Origin: Collinsella sp.
GTDB lineage: Bacteria > Actinomycetota > Coriobacteriia > Coriobacteriales > Coriobacteriaceae
DNA length: 64,000 nt
Assembly: GCA_048402045.1 (NCBI GenBank)
Contig: DBGDSC010000041.1
Coordinates: 15,637 to 79,636 of the forward strand
Reading direction: 5' to 3'
This document shows, in pieces, positions 1-9,073 of this stretch. Made by a program: the position numbers and the translations under genes. The notes under the pieces are model-generated. The model did no database searches and was not told the DNA's origin. It saw only the letters and a list, made by a program, of their open reading frames with translations. The stretch's first letter is position 1. Every line of letters starts with the position of its first letter.

Positions 1-292
1 TACGATCCATGAGGTCCTCGCCCGAGAGCATCGTCAATCGCGTGTCATCGGTACCAAACGTCGTGCCGTCGACAAACGTCAGCGAAAGACCGCTCAGCTC
101 CTCGTCGGCATCGGCCTGAACTTCCCAAGTGATGCGCGTCTCGGTGCCGCCGACCACATCGCTACCCGAACCGGTATTGGGTCGGGCGGTAATCTTTGCG
201 GTCTCAAGCGCCTGGGCGGTCGTGGGCACGCAGGCCCCCGCGCATACCAGGGCGAGCGCCACAGCCAGGGCACAGGCCAGCTTTTGGAGCAT
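1..292 (-). CDS. Hypothetical secreted protein, N-terminal part only (gene runs off the left edge)
   Basis: My own minus-strand translation from the ATG at 290-292 gives MLQKLACALAVALALVCAGACVPTTAQALETAKITARPNTG... and stays open to position 1. It has a hydrophobic signal peptide. It is absent from the ORF track because there is no stop in the window. No clear RBS. Confidence 0.4.
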   Translation of the reverse strand, partial: MLQKLACALAVALALVCAGACVPTTAQALETAKITARPNTGSGSDVVGGTETRITWEVQADADEELSGLSLTFVDGTTFGTDDTRLTMLSGEDLMDR

Positions 293-404
293 CGAGGGCA
301 GTGGAAAACGCTGCTCCGCGGCCCCTTTGTTCAGTCGAGACAAGGTGGCTCCTATCGTAGAAGTTGCCGGCAAAACGAGACGGAAAAGCTCTCCGTCAAG
401 AGAA

Positions 405-439
405 GCGCAAAGGCCCTCTCCGCCAAAACGGAAAGGGCC
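405..439 (-). terminator. Hairpin terminator downstream of the solute-binding protein gene
   Basis: Stem ggccctctccg (412-422) pairs with cggaaagggcc (429-439). On the minus strand it is followed by TTTGCGCTT. Confidence 0.5.
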
Positions 440-461
440 CGCGCGCAATCAAGTAGCTATT

Positions 462-1322
462 TTACTTGATGTTGTACTTAGCCATGAGGGCGTCAACGGT
501 ACCGTCATCAGTCAGGTCCTTGATGGCCTGGTTGATGTCGTCCTTGAGCTTGGTGTTGCCCTGGTTGATGGCGATGGCGTACTCCTCGCCGGTGCTGATC
601 TGCTTGATGGTCTGGCAGGTGTTGAACTGCTCGGCGGTCAGCTGGCTGGCAACGGAGCGGTTGGTGACTACGGCGTCGCCCTTATCGGACTGCAGGGCGC
701 TGAAGCACTCGGTAGCGTCCTTGTAGGGGACGATCTTGGCCTTGGGGAAGTTCTCCTGGGCAAAGGCCTCGGCGGTCGAGCCAGACTGGACGATGATGGT
801 AGCGTCAGCGTTGTTGAGCTTCTCGCTGTAGTTGTCGGCCGTGATGTCGGTGTTATCGACCTTGGTCACGATAGCCTGATCGTCCATGTAATAGGAATCA
901 GAGAAAGTGACTTCCTTCTCACGCTCGGGCGTGTCGGTGATAGCCGCGATGGAAACGTCATACTTGGCGCCCGAAGCGACGCCCGGAACCAGCGTGTCAA
1001 AGTCATTGTTGACATACTCGACATCCAGGCCCAGCTTGTCGCCGATAGCCTTGATGAGCTCAAGGTCAAAGCCCTGATAATCGCCGTTGTCATCCTTGTA
1101 CTCAAACGGAGCGTACTCGGCAGAGGTGCCGACGGTCAGTGTACCGTCCTTGACGAGCGCGTACTCCTTGGAGCCGTCGACCTTCTCGACCTTAGCGTCG
1201 TCAGAGCTGCTGGAACCGGCATCAGAACCAGAGGTGGCGTTGGACGAGCCGCAGCCCGTCAGTGCGAGGGCGAGCGCCATGGCGCCTGTGGCGGCAAATG
1301 CGCCAAGCTTCTTCAGCTTCAT
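462..1322 (-). CDS. Amino-acid ABC transporter substrate-binding lipoprotein (family 3 SBP)
   Basis: ORF 462..1388 trimmed to the ATG at 1322, which follows AAGGAGA. N-terminus is MKLKKLGAFAATGAMALALALTGCGSS (signal peptide plus lipobox). Typical polar-amino-acid SBP sequence. Confidence 0.85.
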   Translation of the reverse strand: MKLKKLGAFAATGAMALALALTGCGSSNATSGSDAGSSSSDDAKVEKVDGSKEYALVKDGTLTVGTSAEYAPFEYKDDNGDYQGFDLELIKAIGDKLGLDVEYVNNDFDTLVPGVASGAKYDVSIAAITDTPEREKEVTFSDSYYMDDQAIVTKVDNTDITADNYSEKLNNADATIIVQSGSTAEAFAQENFPKAKIVPYKDATECFSALQSDKGDAVVTNRSVASQLTAEQFNTCQTIKQISTGEEYAIAINQGNTKLKDDINQAIKDLTDDGTVDALMAKYNIK

Positions 1323-1469
1323 AATCAGTCTCCTTCCGGTGACCTCGTTTGATTCAGAGGTCTGCAAAAACTGTTGGCTATTATGCACCCGGAATTACGA
1401 ATCTGCAATGAGAAAACTGATTGAAACAAACCCATAACGTGAATGGAACACTCCACTTTGTAACAGTCA

Positions 1470-2336
1470 TTACTGCTGCAATGACCTTAATAGTCTAATT
1501 TCAGCTGCATAACCTGCAAGTTCGTTCGGAGTCTCCAAAATAAACGGCAGCGAACGCAAACGGCCATTCGATACAATATTCTGCATAACCTGCATACCGC
1601 CACCAAATTCCTCGCTGCCAAGGTATCCCTTGCCGATGCACTCGTGACGATCTTTATGGGCGCCACAAGGGTTCTTCGAATCGTTGATGTGTACGGCATG
1701 TAAGCGATCGATACCCACCACGCGGTCGAACTCGTCGAGTACGTCGTCCAGATCATGGATGATGTCGTAGCCGGCATCGCTCACATGGCAGGTGTCCAAA
1801 CAAACGCCCAGCTTTTCGGACAGCTCTGGGCGCTTGGCGGCAACGCCCTCGATAATGCACGCCAGTTCTTCAAAGCTACGGCCCACCTCGGTGCCCTTTC
1901 CTGCCATGGTCTCGAGTAATACCGTCGTCTGCTGCCCCTCAAACATCACCTGGCACAGCGTGTCGACAATCATCTGAATGCCGACGTCGGAGCCCTGTCC
2001 CACATGCGCACCGGGATGGAAGTTGTAGTAGTTGCCGGGCAGCGCTTCCAGACGCTGCAAATCTTCCGCCATAGCCTCCAAGGCAAACTCGCGCGCCCGC
2101 TCCTTAGCGGAGCAGGGGTTATAGGTATACGGGGCATGCGCCACCAGCGGTCCAAAGTCGTTTTGCGCCATAAGCTCGCGCAGAGCCGCCACGTCATCCA
2201 TGTCAAGGTCTTTTGCCTTGCCACCGCGCGGGTTGCGCGTAAAGAATGCAAAGGTATTGGCGCCAATGGACAACGCCGTCTCCCCCATTGCCCGATAGCC
2301 CTTCGTCGTCGAAAGATGGCACCCAATCGTCAGCAT
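1470..2336 (-). CDS. nfo: Endonuclease IV (deoxyribonuclease IV)
   Basis: Motifs [28 protein letters not shown] and [25 protein letters not shown]...ILETP. Start set at the ATG at 2336 (MLTIGCH) after AGAGGGAG. An in-frame ATG at 2354 is the alternative. Confidence 0.85.
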   Translation of the reverse strand: MLTIGCHLSTTKGYRAMGETALSIGANTFAFFTRNPRGGKAKDLDMDDVAALRELMAQNDFGPLVAHAPYTYNPCSAKERAREFALEAMAEDLQRLEALPGNYYNFHPGAHVGQGSDVGIQMIVDTLCQVMFEGQQTTVLLETMAGKGTEVGRSFEELACIIEGVAAKRPELSEKLGVCLDTCHVSDAGYDIIHDLDDVLDEFDRVVGIDRLHAVHINDSKNPCGAHKDRHECIGKGYLGSEEFGGGMQVMQNIVSNGRLRSLPFILETPNELAGYAAEIRLLRSLQQ

Positions 2337-2354
2337 CTCCAGCTCCCTCTTCAT

Positions 2355-2440
2355 CAGTTGCGGTGAAATACGGTCTATTGGTGCCTTATTTTGGCGCAAA
2401 CAGACCGTATTCCACCGCAAGATATAAAAGGGGCATCAGG
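2355..2440 (-). repeat. 86-nt conserved hairpin element, copy 1 (between the Gfo/Idh/MocA gene and nfo)
   Basis: 67/86 nt identical to 3517-3602. Outer stem TTGCGGTGAAATA/TATTCCACCGCAA plus inner stem CGGTCT/AGACCG. Ends 18 nt upstream of the nfo start. Confidence 0.7.
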
Positions 2441-2484
2441 GGCACGGTCCGCCGAGCCCCCCCCCTGAGCACCAGCACCGCAGC

Positions 2485-3504
2485 CTAGAGCGTCAAGCGA
2501 ATCGCATCGATGATCTGCGCACAGCGCTGCGTGGCGGCAAGAGGCATAACGGGACTCTCGAGTTTCCCCGCCCAGATGAGCTGGGTCGCATGCTGAATTT
2601 CGCCGTAGAAATCATCGACCTCAAACGGGGCATTAATTTCGAGCATTCGTCCGTCGGAGTACTTCACATGGGCGAGCTCGGGGCGATGGAGGCGCTCGAT
2701 TTCCACCGAACCCCGTTCGCAGGCAATCGTTAAGCGGCTTTCATATGCTGCTTTGCCATCGCACACCATATGAATGGGTATACCGCCGACGCTCATACGG
2801 ATCTCATCGGCCCAATCCACGCGGCCGCCTAATACGTCACGCCAGCGAACTTCACGAGACGAAACATCGCACGCACCCGCAAGCAGATCCTCAAACCACC
2901 CGACCGCATAGCAGCCCATGTCATATAGACAGCCACCCTGCAACGGATCGAGCAGATAACTCGAAGGGGGCTCACCATAATCGAGTTTTTGCACGCTTTC
3001 GATCGAGACGATACAGCCGAGCTCGCCCGACGCAAGCAAGTCCTCCACGCGAGTGCGCATTGGGCAAAACCGATTCTTCATCGCCTCCATAAACAGCACG
3101 CCGTGCTCGCGAGAGGCGGAGGAAATCGAGAGAGCCTCTTCCTCACTCAAAACGGCCGGCTTTTCGCACAGCACGGCCTTTCCGGCGCGCAGCGCGCGAC
3201 AGACCCAACGCGTATGCATGCCATGCGGAAGAGCCAAGTAGATTGCGTCGACATCGGGGTCGGCAATCAGCGCGTCATAAGCCGCATCGCCGCTACCGTC
3301 AGCCGTGGCATAACTGTGCGCGGCATCAATCGAAAACGCCCTGCAAAACCCCTCAACATGCGAAGGGGTGCGACCGGCGGCAGCCACAAGCCGTGCCCCG
3401 TCCACCTCCTTGAGCGACGATGCAAATCGATGCGAAATGTGCCCAGCGCCCAAAACGCCCCAACGAACCTCGCGCAAATCATCACATGAATCCCGATGGC
3501 CCAC
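2485..3504 (-). CDS. Gfo/Idh/MocA family NAD(P)-dependent oxidoreductase
   Basis: N-terminal Rossmann motif VRWGVLGAGHISHRF and a family-typical C-terminal domain. GTG start at 3504 preceded by AAGGGGG. Confidence 0.8.
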   Translation of the reverse strand: MGHRDSCDDLREVRWGVLGAGHISHRFASSLKEVDGARLVAAAGRTPSHVEGFCRAFSIDAAHSYATADGSGDAAYDALIADPDVDAIYLALPHGMHTRWVCRALRAGKAVLCEKPAVLSEEEALSISSASREHGVLFMEAMKNRFCPMRTRVEDLLASGELGCIVSIESVQKLDYGEPPSSYLLDPLQGGCLYDMGCYAVGWFEDLLAGACDVSSREVRWRDVLGGRVDWADEIRMSVGGIPIHMVCDGKAAYESRLTIACERGSVEIERLHRPELAHVKYSDGRMLEINAPFEVDDFYGEIQHATQLIWAGKLESPVMPLAATQRCAQIIDAIRLTL

Positions 3505-3516
3505 GACAGCCCCCTT

Positions 3517-3602
3517 CAGTTGCGGTGGAATAATTCCTGTTTAAGCCCCATTCTGCCGCAAACAGGAACTATTCCACCGCAAGTTATAAAAGGAGCATCA
3601 GG
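3517..3602 (-). repeat. 86-nt conserved hairpin element, copy 2 (between the AKR gene and the Gfo/Idh/MocA gene)
   Basis: Perfect 13-bp outer stem TTGCGGTGGAATA/TATTCCACCGCAA and 7-bp inner stem CCTGTTT/AAACAGG. Overlaps the stop codon of the upstream AKR gene (3598-3600). Ends 12 nt upstream of the next start. Confidence 0.7.
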
Positions 3603-4803
3603 AGCGCGTTTTGCCGAAGGCTTTAAGTGCGGCCGTCACGGGGCCAGGTTGGAAGCGGCGGCGCACATCATCGAGACGCTCGGGGATATCGATATGTTGC
3701 GGGCAGTGACGCGCGCATTTGCCGCACTTGATGCAATTGCTCACGAGCTTAGGCTCGCTGGTGCGCACCGCACTCGCCGTAAAGTACTGCGACAGCCCCG
3801 TAAACCAGCTGTGCGCATAGCTCGCGTTGTAGGCGGCAAAGCATCCGGGGATGTTGATGCCCTTGGGGCACGGCATGCAGTAGCCGCACCCCGTGCAGGG
3901 CACACGGTTCGATTTCTCAAACTCTTCCAATACGCGCGCGATGGTATCGAGCTGCTCCATCGTCATCGAATCCGGCAGCGCACGATCGGCCAGCGCCGCG
4001 TTCTCGTCCACCTGCGCGGTATCGGTCATGCCCGAAAGCAGCATGGTTACCTGCGGATGATTCCACACCCACGAAAGGCCCCAAGCAGCCGGCGACTTCA
4101 GGTACGGATCGCGTACGTCATCGAGCACGGCGCGGGCCCGCGGAGGCAGCTTGCCCGCCAGGCGTCCGCCCAAAAGCGGCTCCATCACAAACACCGCGAG
4201 CCCGCGCTCGGCGGCTGCCATGAGTCCCGCCGTTCCCGCCTGATATCGCTCTCCAGCGTAGTTGTACTGAATCTGGCAAAAGTCCCACTCATACGCATCG
4301 AGCATCGTCAGGAAGTCCGCCGCGCTGCCGTGGTACGAAAATCCTATCTGACGAATACGCCCCGCAGCCTTTTGGTGCGCAATCCAGTCCTCGATACCCA
4401 ACGCCACCACGCGTTCCCACTGGGCGGGCGAGGTAATGTTGTGCATAAGGTAATAGTCGATATGATCGGTCCGCAGGCGGCGCAGTTGTTCGTCGAAAAA
4501 CCGGTCGAAATCCTCCGCGCACTTGCACGAAGCGTGCGGCAACTTAGTCGCCAGCAACACCCGGTCGCGCAGCCCCAAGCGCTCAAGTGAGGCGCCCACG
4601 CACACCTCGTTACCGGGATAGAGATACGCGGTATCCAGATAATTAATCCCCTGCTCCACCGCACGGGAAATGATGGCATCGGCTAACTTCGCATCGGGGT
4701 GTCCCGGCGCACCGGGAAATCTCATGCAGCCCAGACCCAGAGCGGATATTCGGTTACCACTTTTGGGGTCAACGCGGTATTGCACGGTCCCTCCTTTCGC
4801 CAT
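3598..4803 (-). CDS. Aldo/keto reductase with C-terminal 4Fe-4S ferredoxin-type domain
   Basis: AKR N-terminus YRVDPKSGNRISALGLGCMRF. C-terminal Cys clusters CTGCGYCMPCP and CIKCGKCARHCP. Start trimmed to the ATG at 4803 (MAKGG). RBS is weak. Confidence 0.8.
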   Translation of the reverse strand: MAKGGTVQYRVDPKSGNRISALGLGCMRFPGAPGHPDAKLADAIISRAVEQGINYLDTAYLYPGNEVCVGASLERLGLRDRVLLATKLPHASCKCAEDFDRFFDEQLRRLRTDHIDYYLMHNITSPAQWERVVALGIEDWIAHQKAAGRIRQIGFSYHGSAADFLTMLDAYEWDFCQIQYNYAGERYQAGTAGLMAAAERGLAVFVMEPLLGGRLAGKLPPRARAVLDDVRDPYLKSPAAWGLSWVWNHPQVTMLLSGMTDTAQVDENAALADRALPDSMTMEQLDTIARVLEEFEKSNRVPCTGCGYCMPCPKGINIPGCFAAYNASYAHSWFTGLSQYFTASAVRTSEPKLVSNCIKCGKCARHCPQHIDIPERLDDVRRRFQPGPVTAALKAFGKTRS

Positions 4804-4948
4804 CAGCGCCCCGGCAAGGCGAAACACAATGGTCACGCGGCCGAAACATCGTGGAATCGCAATCGAGAACGTATCGTAACGCAGCGGAAATCGAGCTGTC
4901 ACGGCACCGCTTTAACATCAGCAAAAAGCCCGATGAAAGGAGGCGACC

Positions 4949-5143
4949 GTGACCACACGTGAGGACGCCTGCCCCTACCCCGGCGAGCAGTACATCCTCT
5001 CGGTCGACCGCTATCAGATCGAGGTCATGGACCATCTGGACGAGCTTCCCGCCACAGGCGCCGTCATCTTCTGCACCTTCCCCAAGGTGCGCGATGGCGT
5101 TGGATATCCCCCACGCGTTTTCGCGGTCTGCCCCGCAGCGTAA
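4949..5143 (+). CDS. Hypothetical small protein (64 aa)
   Basis: GTG at 4949 lies 5 nt after AAAGGAGG (4936-4943). Codon third positions are strongly G/C, as in neighbouring genes. I recognise no family. Confidence 0.4.
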   Translation: MTTREDACPYPGEQYILSVDRYQIEVMDHLDELPATGAVIFCTFPKVRDGVGYPPRVFAVCPAA

Positions 5144-5259
5144 GCTCCGCGCGTCCATTCATTTAAAAATCGCCACCCTGCATGCACAAGGTGCGCTGGC
5201 GGCATACAATCCATCAGGCGCCCCCACGCGGGCGCCTTTTATATGGGGAGATAATTCAC

Positions 5260-6174
5260 ATGCAGATCAACAAGGTCACCTTTATCGGCAAGGGCGGCGT
5301 CGGGCTACTCTACGGCAGTATGATCGCCCAGGCACTCGGCAACGACGCCGTCGAATACGTCATGGATGACGCCCGTTTTGAGCGTCACGCGGGCGATGCG
5401 CTCACCGTCAATGGCAAGCCCTGTGCGCTCAAGTCCGTCCGCGCCAGCGAGGCAACGCCCGTCGATCTGGTCATTCTCACGGTCAAGACGACTGGACTCA
5501 ACCAAGCACTCAAGACTATGGAGCGCGTCGTGGGACCCAATACGCTCATCGCCTCGCTGTGTAACGGCATTACGAGCGAGCAGAAGATTGCCGAGCGCTT
5601 TGGCTGGGAGCATACCGTTCTTGGTATTTGCCGGGGCATGGACGCCGTGTTCCTCGACGGCGCGCTCACCTTTACCAATGCGGGCGAAATCCGCTTTGGC
5701 GCGGCGGCCGGCACCGAGCTCGCAACCGTCACCGCCATCGACGAGCTCTACACGCGCTGCGGCATCGCCCATACCGTCGAGAGCGACGTTGCGCACCGCA
5801 TGTGGGCCAAACTCATGCTCAACGACGGCATCAACCAGACGTGCATGGCCTACGGCGGGACCTACGGAAGCGCCACGGAGCCGGGCTCCGAGCAGCGTCG
5901 CTGCTTTGTTTCTGCCATGCGCGAAACGCTTGCGGTCGCCAACGCCGAGGGCATTGAGCTGACCGAGGCAGACCTGACGCAGATGGTGCACCTCATCGAG
6001 GGAATCGACCCCACCGGTATGCCCTCGATGGCGCAGGACCGCATCGCGCAACGAAAAACCGAAGTCGAGGAGTTCGCGGGCACCATTTGCCGCCTGGCCG
6101 TCAAACACGATATCCAAGTGCCGCAAAACGATTGGCTCCATCAGCGCATCCGCGATATCGAGAAAAGCTGGTAG
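5260..6174 (+). CDS. panE: 2-dehydropantoate 2-reductase (ketopantoate reductase, ApbA/PanE family)
   Basis: Start at the ATG at 5260 after GGGGAG. N-terminus is MQINKVTFIGKGGVGLLYG (Rossmann fold). ApbA-like C-terminal domain. Confidence 0.7.
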   Translation: MQINKVTFIGKGGVGLLYGSMIAQALGNDAVEYVMDDARFERHAGDALTVNGKPCALKSVRASEATPVDLVILTVKTTGLNQALKTMERVVGPNTLIASLCNGITSEQKIAERFGWEHTVLGICRGMDAVFLDGALTFTNAGEIRFGAAAGTELATVTAIDELYTRCGIAHTVESDVAHRMWAKLMLNDGINQTCMAYGGTYGSATEPGSEQRRCFVSAMRETLAVANAEGIELTEADLTQMVHLIEGIDPTGMPSMAQDRIAQRKTEVEEFAGTICRLAVKHDIQVPQNDWLHQRIRDIEKSW

Positions 6175-6201
6175 CGCCCGGCTCACCACGTCAACAGGCT
6201 C

Positions 6202-6245
6202 AAAAGCAAAGCCGCCACAAGGAGCACTCCCCTTACGGCGGCTTT
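6202..6245. terminator. Hairpin terminator between panE (+) and the small membrane-protein gene (-)
   Basis: AAAGCCGCC (6208-6216) pairs with GGCGGCTTT (6237-6245). The minus-strand reading is followed by GCTTTTGAG. Confidence 0.6.
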
Positions 6246-6282
6246 CATCTTCATCTATAACCAGTAGTCGATGTCCCGACGG

Positions 6283-6489
6283 TTAGAGCTGCGACTCCGA
6301 CGCCTGGCCCTCATCGTCGCGACAAAGGACTACACCCGCACTTCCCAGCAGTGCGGCCGCGACCAACGCACTGACCACGATAGAGGCAGCCCCACAAGAC
6401 CCCTGCATGCCCGCAACGAGCGCGGCCGTAGGACCAAGGCAGCCAAGCACCAATGCGACGGCGGCAATGGCAATATCTCGAGCGTTCAC
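6283..6489 (-). CDS. Hypothetical small membrane protein (68 aa, two predicted TM helices, acidic C-terminus)
   Basis: GTG at 6489 lies 9 nt after GGAGGA. Two hydrophobic stretches, IAIAAVALVLGCLGPTAALVAG and IVVSALVAAALLGSAGVVL. Terminator downstream. Confidence 0.4.
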   Translation of the reverse strand: MNARDIAIAAVALVLGCLGPTAALVAGMQGSCGAASIVVSALVAAALLGSAGVVLCRDDEGQASESQL

Positions 6490-6676
6490 AAGACCACTTC
6501 CTCCACGAGAAAGACCTTATTTCTCATGAACTAGTGTGCCCCGCGCCCATATGCGCGACGTACCGTCACGGTAAGGGCTCTGTTAGCTCAAGCGCACACA
6601 TAGAACGGGCATCCTTACGTTGCCCTAAAGCTCGGTAAAGACGCCCGTCCGTCATGTCCTATTGGCTTATGGCAGA

Positions 6677-7450
6677 TTACCAACCGGTGTAGTAGTCGGT
6701 GGTTCCGGCAGCGCAGCCGGAGTCATAGACTTTGCAATCACCCTTGGAGCCCGTAAAGGTCGAGCCCTGGGCCATATCGCCCGCGGCAACAACGTAATAG
6801 CCGTCGGAATCGCGCCAGAAGCCCTCAGAATCCTGAGTCCATTCGCCCGTGCGATAGTGATAAAGCACATTGCTGCTGTAATAGGTCTCGCGGCGCCCGT
6901 TGTAGTTATTGACACCCGCAGAGCGCGTCAGGCCCGATCCGTTCGCGTAGGACGCGGCGGACGCGTAGGACGGAGTGTAACCGGCGTTGTAGTACGAAGC
7001 CTCGGCGACCTCGGCAGCCTCCGCCTCGGCGGCAGCTTCGAGCGCTTCGCGCTTGGCATCCTCAAGCGCAGTGCGCAGCTCATCGAGCTCGGTCGACTTG
7101 GCGTCGACCTCCCCCATCGTCAACAGGCTACCTGCACCGTCGATGCAACCCTGCAGCACAGCGCGCTCGTCATCGGTGGCATAGTCACCGTACATGTTCA
7201 TGATGATCTGAGCGCGCATCTCCAGGGAATCGCGCTTAGCCTCCATCGAGGCGTTCCACTCCTGCATGGAACCATAACCATCGCCGCGATAGTCAACGGG
7301 CTGTACCAGCGTCGTCTCGGACGGTGTAGATCCAACCGTATCGGACAGTGTTGCGGCGTGGGCATCAGTTGCGCCGGCGCCCGCCAAAAGTGCCACGGTC
7401 AGAGCGGCGGAAAGGGCGGCGGCTTTCGGTTTTCGTGAATCGATCCTCAT
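6677..7450 (-). CDS. Secreted protein with coiled-coil region and C-terminal 3D-like (MltA/YuiC-type) domain; putative cell-wall hydrolase
   Basis: ATG at 7450 after GGAGG. Signal peptide MRIDSRKPKAAALSAALTVALLAGAGATDAHA. The C-terminus VVAAGDMAQGSTFTGSKGDCKVYDSGCAAGTTDYYTGW resembles the three-Asp 3D-domain pattern. The domain call is tentative. Confidence 0.6.
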   Translation of the reverse strand: MRIDSRKPKAAALSAALTVALLAGAGATDAHAATLSDTVGSTPSETTLVQPVDYRGDGYGSMQEWNASMEAKRDSLEMRAQIIMNMYGDYATDDERAVLQGCIDGAGSLLTMGEVDAKSTELDELRTALEDAKREALEAAAEAEAAEVAEASYYNAGYTPSYASAASYANGSGLTRSAGVNNYNGRRETYYSSNVLYHYRTGEWTQDSEGFWRDSDGYYVVAAGDMAQGSTFTGSKGDCKVYDSGCAAGTTDYYTGW

Positions 7451-7661
7451 GTAGCTGGAAACCTCCGTAATGCGTTTTTGCTGCGTTTGAGCTGCGTGTG
7501 ATTCAATCGCGCTGCATAGTACCCCGAGCAAATCGCGACCTGCGGCTTTACTCAAAAGGCGCACGTCAATTGCGTAAAACTCACATCCTCTCAACAGGAG
7601 TTTTCCACAACTCGAATGCATAAAGCGTGTCAAAAACCCTGTTTTTGCACCCGCTCTATGC

Positions 7662-7700
7662 AAAAAAGGCGCCTGTGCAACCATTGTTCGCACAGGCGCC
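7662..7700 (-). terminator. Rho-independent terminator after metY
   Basis: GGCGCCTGTGC (7668-7678) pairs with GCACAGGCGCC (7690-7700). A TTTTTT tract follows on the minus strand. Confidence 0.75.
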
Positions 7701-7762
7701 TTGAGCAGGCATTTTATGCAGTTATACCTATCGGGTCGCAAGGGGTCCTTGCACAAGTCGCC

Positions 7763-9073
7763 TTACTCGTCCAGCGCGGCGAAGGCCTGCTTCAGATCCC
7801 AAATGATATCCTCGGCGTTCTCGGTACCGATGGAAAGACGGATCGTGGAGGGCGTGATGTTCTGCTCGGCGAGCTCCTCGGCAGAGAGCTGGGAGTGCGT
7901 GGTGGTAGCCGGGTGCACGACGAGCGACTTGACGTCGGCCACGTTGGCAAGCAGCGAGAACACCTGCAGATGATCGATGAACTTCCAGGCCGCCTCCTGG
8001 CCACCCTTAATCTCAAAGGTAAAGATCGAGGCACCGCCGTTGGGGAAGTACTTCTGATAGAGCTCGTGATCGGGGTGCTCAGGCAGGCTCGGGTGGTTCA
8101 CCTTGGCGACGTGGCTGTCACCAGCCAGGAACTCAACGACCTTCTTGGTGTTCTCAACATGACGGTCAACGCGCAGCGAAAGAGTCTCGGTGCCCTGGAG
8201 CAGGACCCAGGCGTTGAACGGGCTGATGCAGGCGCCCTCGTCACGCAGCAGAATAGCGCGGACATAGGTTGCGAAGGCGGCGGGACCGGCAGCCTCGGAA
8301 AACGAAACGCCGTGGTAGGAGGGGTTGGGCTCGGCGATCTGGGCGTACTTTCCGCTCGCCTTCCAATCGAAGTTACCGCCGTCGACGATCACACCGCCCA
8401 GCGAGGTGCCGTGGCCGCCGATGAACTTGGTTGCGGAGTGGACGACGATGTTGGCACCATGCTCCAGCGGACGGAACAGATACGGGGTGCCGAAGGTGTT
8501 GTCGACGACAACCGGCAGACCGTGCTTCTTGGCGATCTCGGAGATGGCGTCGATGTTGGGGATGTCGGAGTTGGGGTTGCCGAGCGTCTCGAGGTAGATG
8601 ACCGTGGTGTTGTCCTTGATGGCCCCCTCGACCTCTTCCAGGTTATGGGCATCGACGAAGGTGGTCTCGACGCCAAACTGGGAGAGCGTATGCTCCAGCA
8701 AGTTGTAGGAGCCACCGTAGATAGTCTTCTGGGCAACCACATGGTCACCGGCCTGGGCAAGGGCCTGCAGGGTATAGGTGATGGCAGCAGCACCGGAGGC
8801 GACGGCAAGACCTGCCACGCCACCCTCGAGCGCGGCGATACGATCCTCGAAGACGCCCTGGGTGGAGTTGGTCAGACGGCCGTAGATGTTTCCGGCGTCG
8901 GCAAGACCAAAGCGGTCGGCGGCGTGCTGGGAGTTGCGGAACACATAGCTCGTGGTCTGGTAGATAGGCACGGCACGGGAGTCGGATGCAGGATCGGCAC
9001 TCTCCTGGCCAACGTGCAGCTGCAGGGTATCGAAACCAAAGGTGTGCTCGGGGTTGTTGATGAACTGGCTCAT
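7763..9073 (-). CDS. metY: O-acetylhomoserine/O-acetylserine sulfhydrylase (PLP-dependent)
   Basis: N-terminus FGFDTLQLHVGQE..., motif AVPIYQTTSYVF, and PLP-lysine motif HSATKFIGGHG. ATG at 9073 after AAGGAGA. Confidence 0.9.
   Translation of the reverse strand: MSQFINNPEHTFGFDTLQLHVGQESADPASDSRAVPIYQTTSYVFRNSQHAADRFGLADAGNIYGRLTNSTQGVFEDRIAALEGGVAGLAVASGAAAITYTLQALAQAGDHVVAQKTIYGGSYNLLEHTLSQFGVETTFVDAHNLEEVEGAIKDNTTVIYLETLGNPNSDIPNIDAISEIAKKHGLPVVVDNTFGTPYLFRPLEHGANIVVHSATKFIGGHGTSLGGVIVDGGNFDWKASGKYAQIAEPNPSYHGVSFSEAAGPAAFATYVRAILLRDEGACISPFNAWVLLQGTETLSLRVDRHVENTKKVVEFLAGDSHVAKVNHPSLPEHPDHELYQKYFPNGGASIFTFEIKGGQEAAWKFIDHLQVFSLLANVADVKSLVVHPATTTHSQLSAEELAEQNITPSTIRLSIGTENAEDIIWDLKQAFAALDE

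Noticed and set aside
4769-5369. ORFs 4959..5369 (+) and 4769..5158 (-)
   Set aside because: They overlap the RBS-preceded 64-aa ORF. They have Arg/Ser/Pro-rich composition and no RBS.
6271-6534. ORF 6271..6534 (+), 87 aa
   Set aside because: It is antisense to the more plausible two-TM ORF. The product is highly basic and low-complexity with no RBS.
7451-7661. Possible c-di-AMP (ydaO-type) riboswitch in the leader of the 3D-domain gene
   Set aside because: Short resemblances exist (CGGGGUAC, UGAAUC, CAGCUCA..CGCAGC). However, only one GGGG/GAAUC half is present and the segment is about 60 nt, far short of the pseudo-symmetric ydaO fold of about 130 nt.
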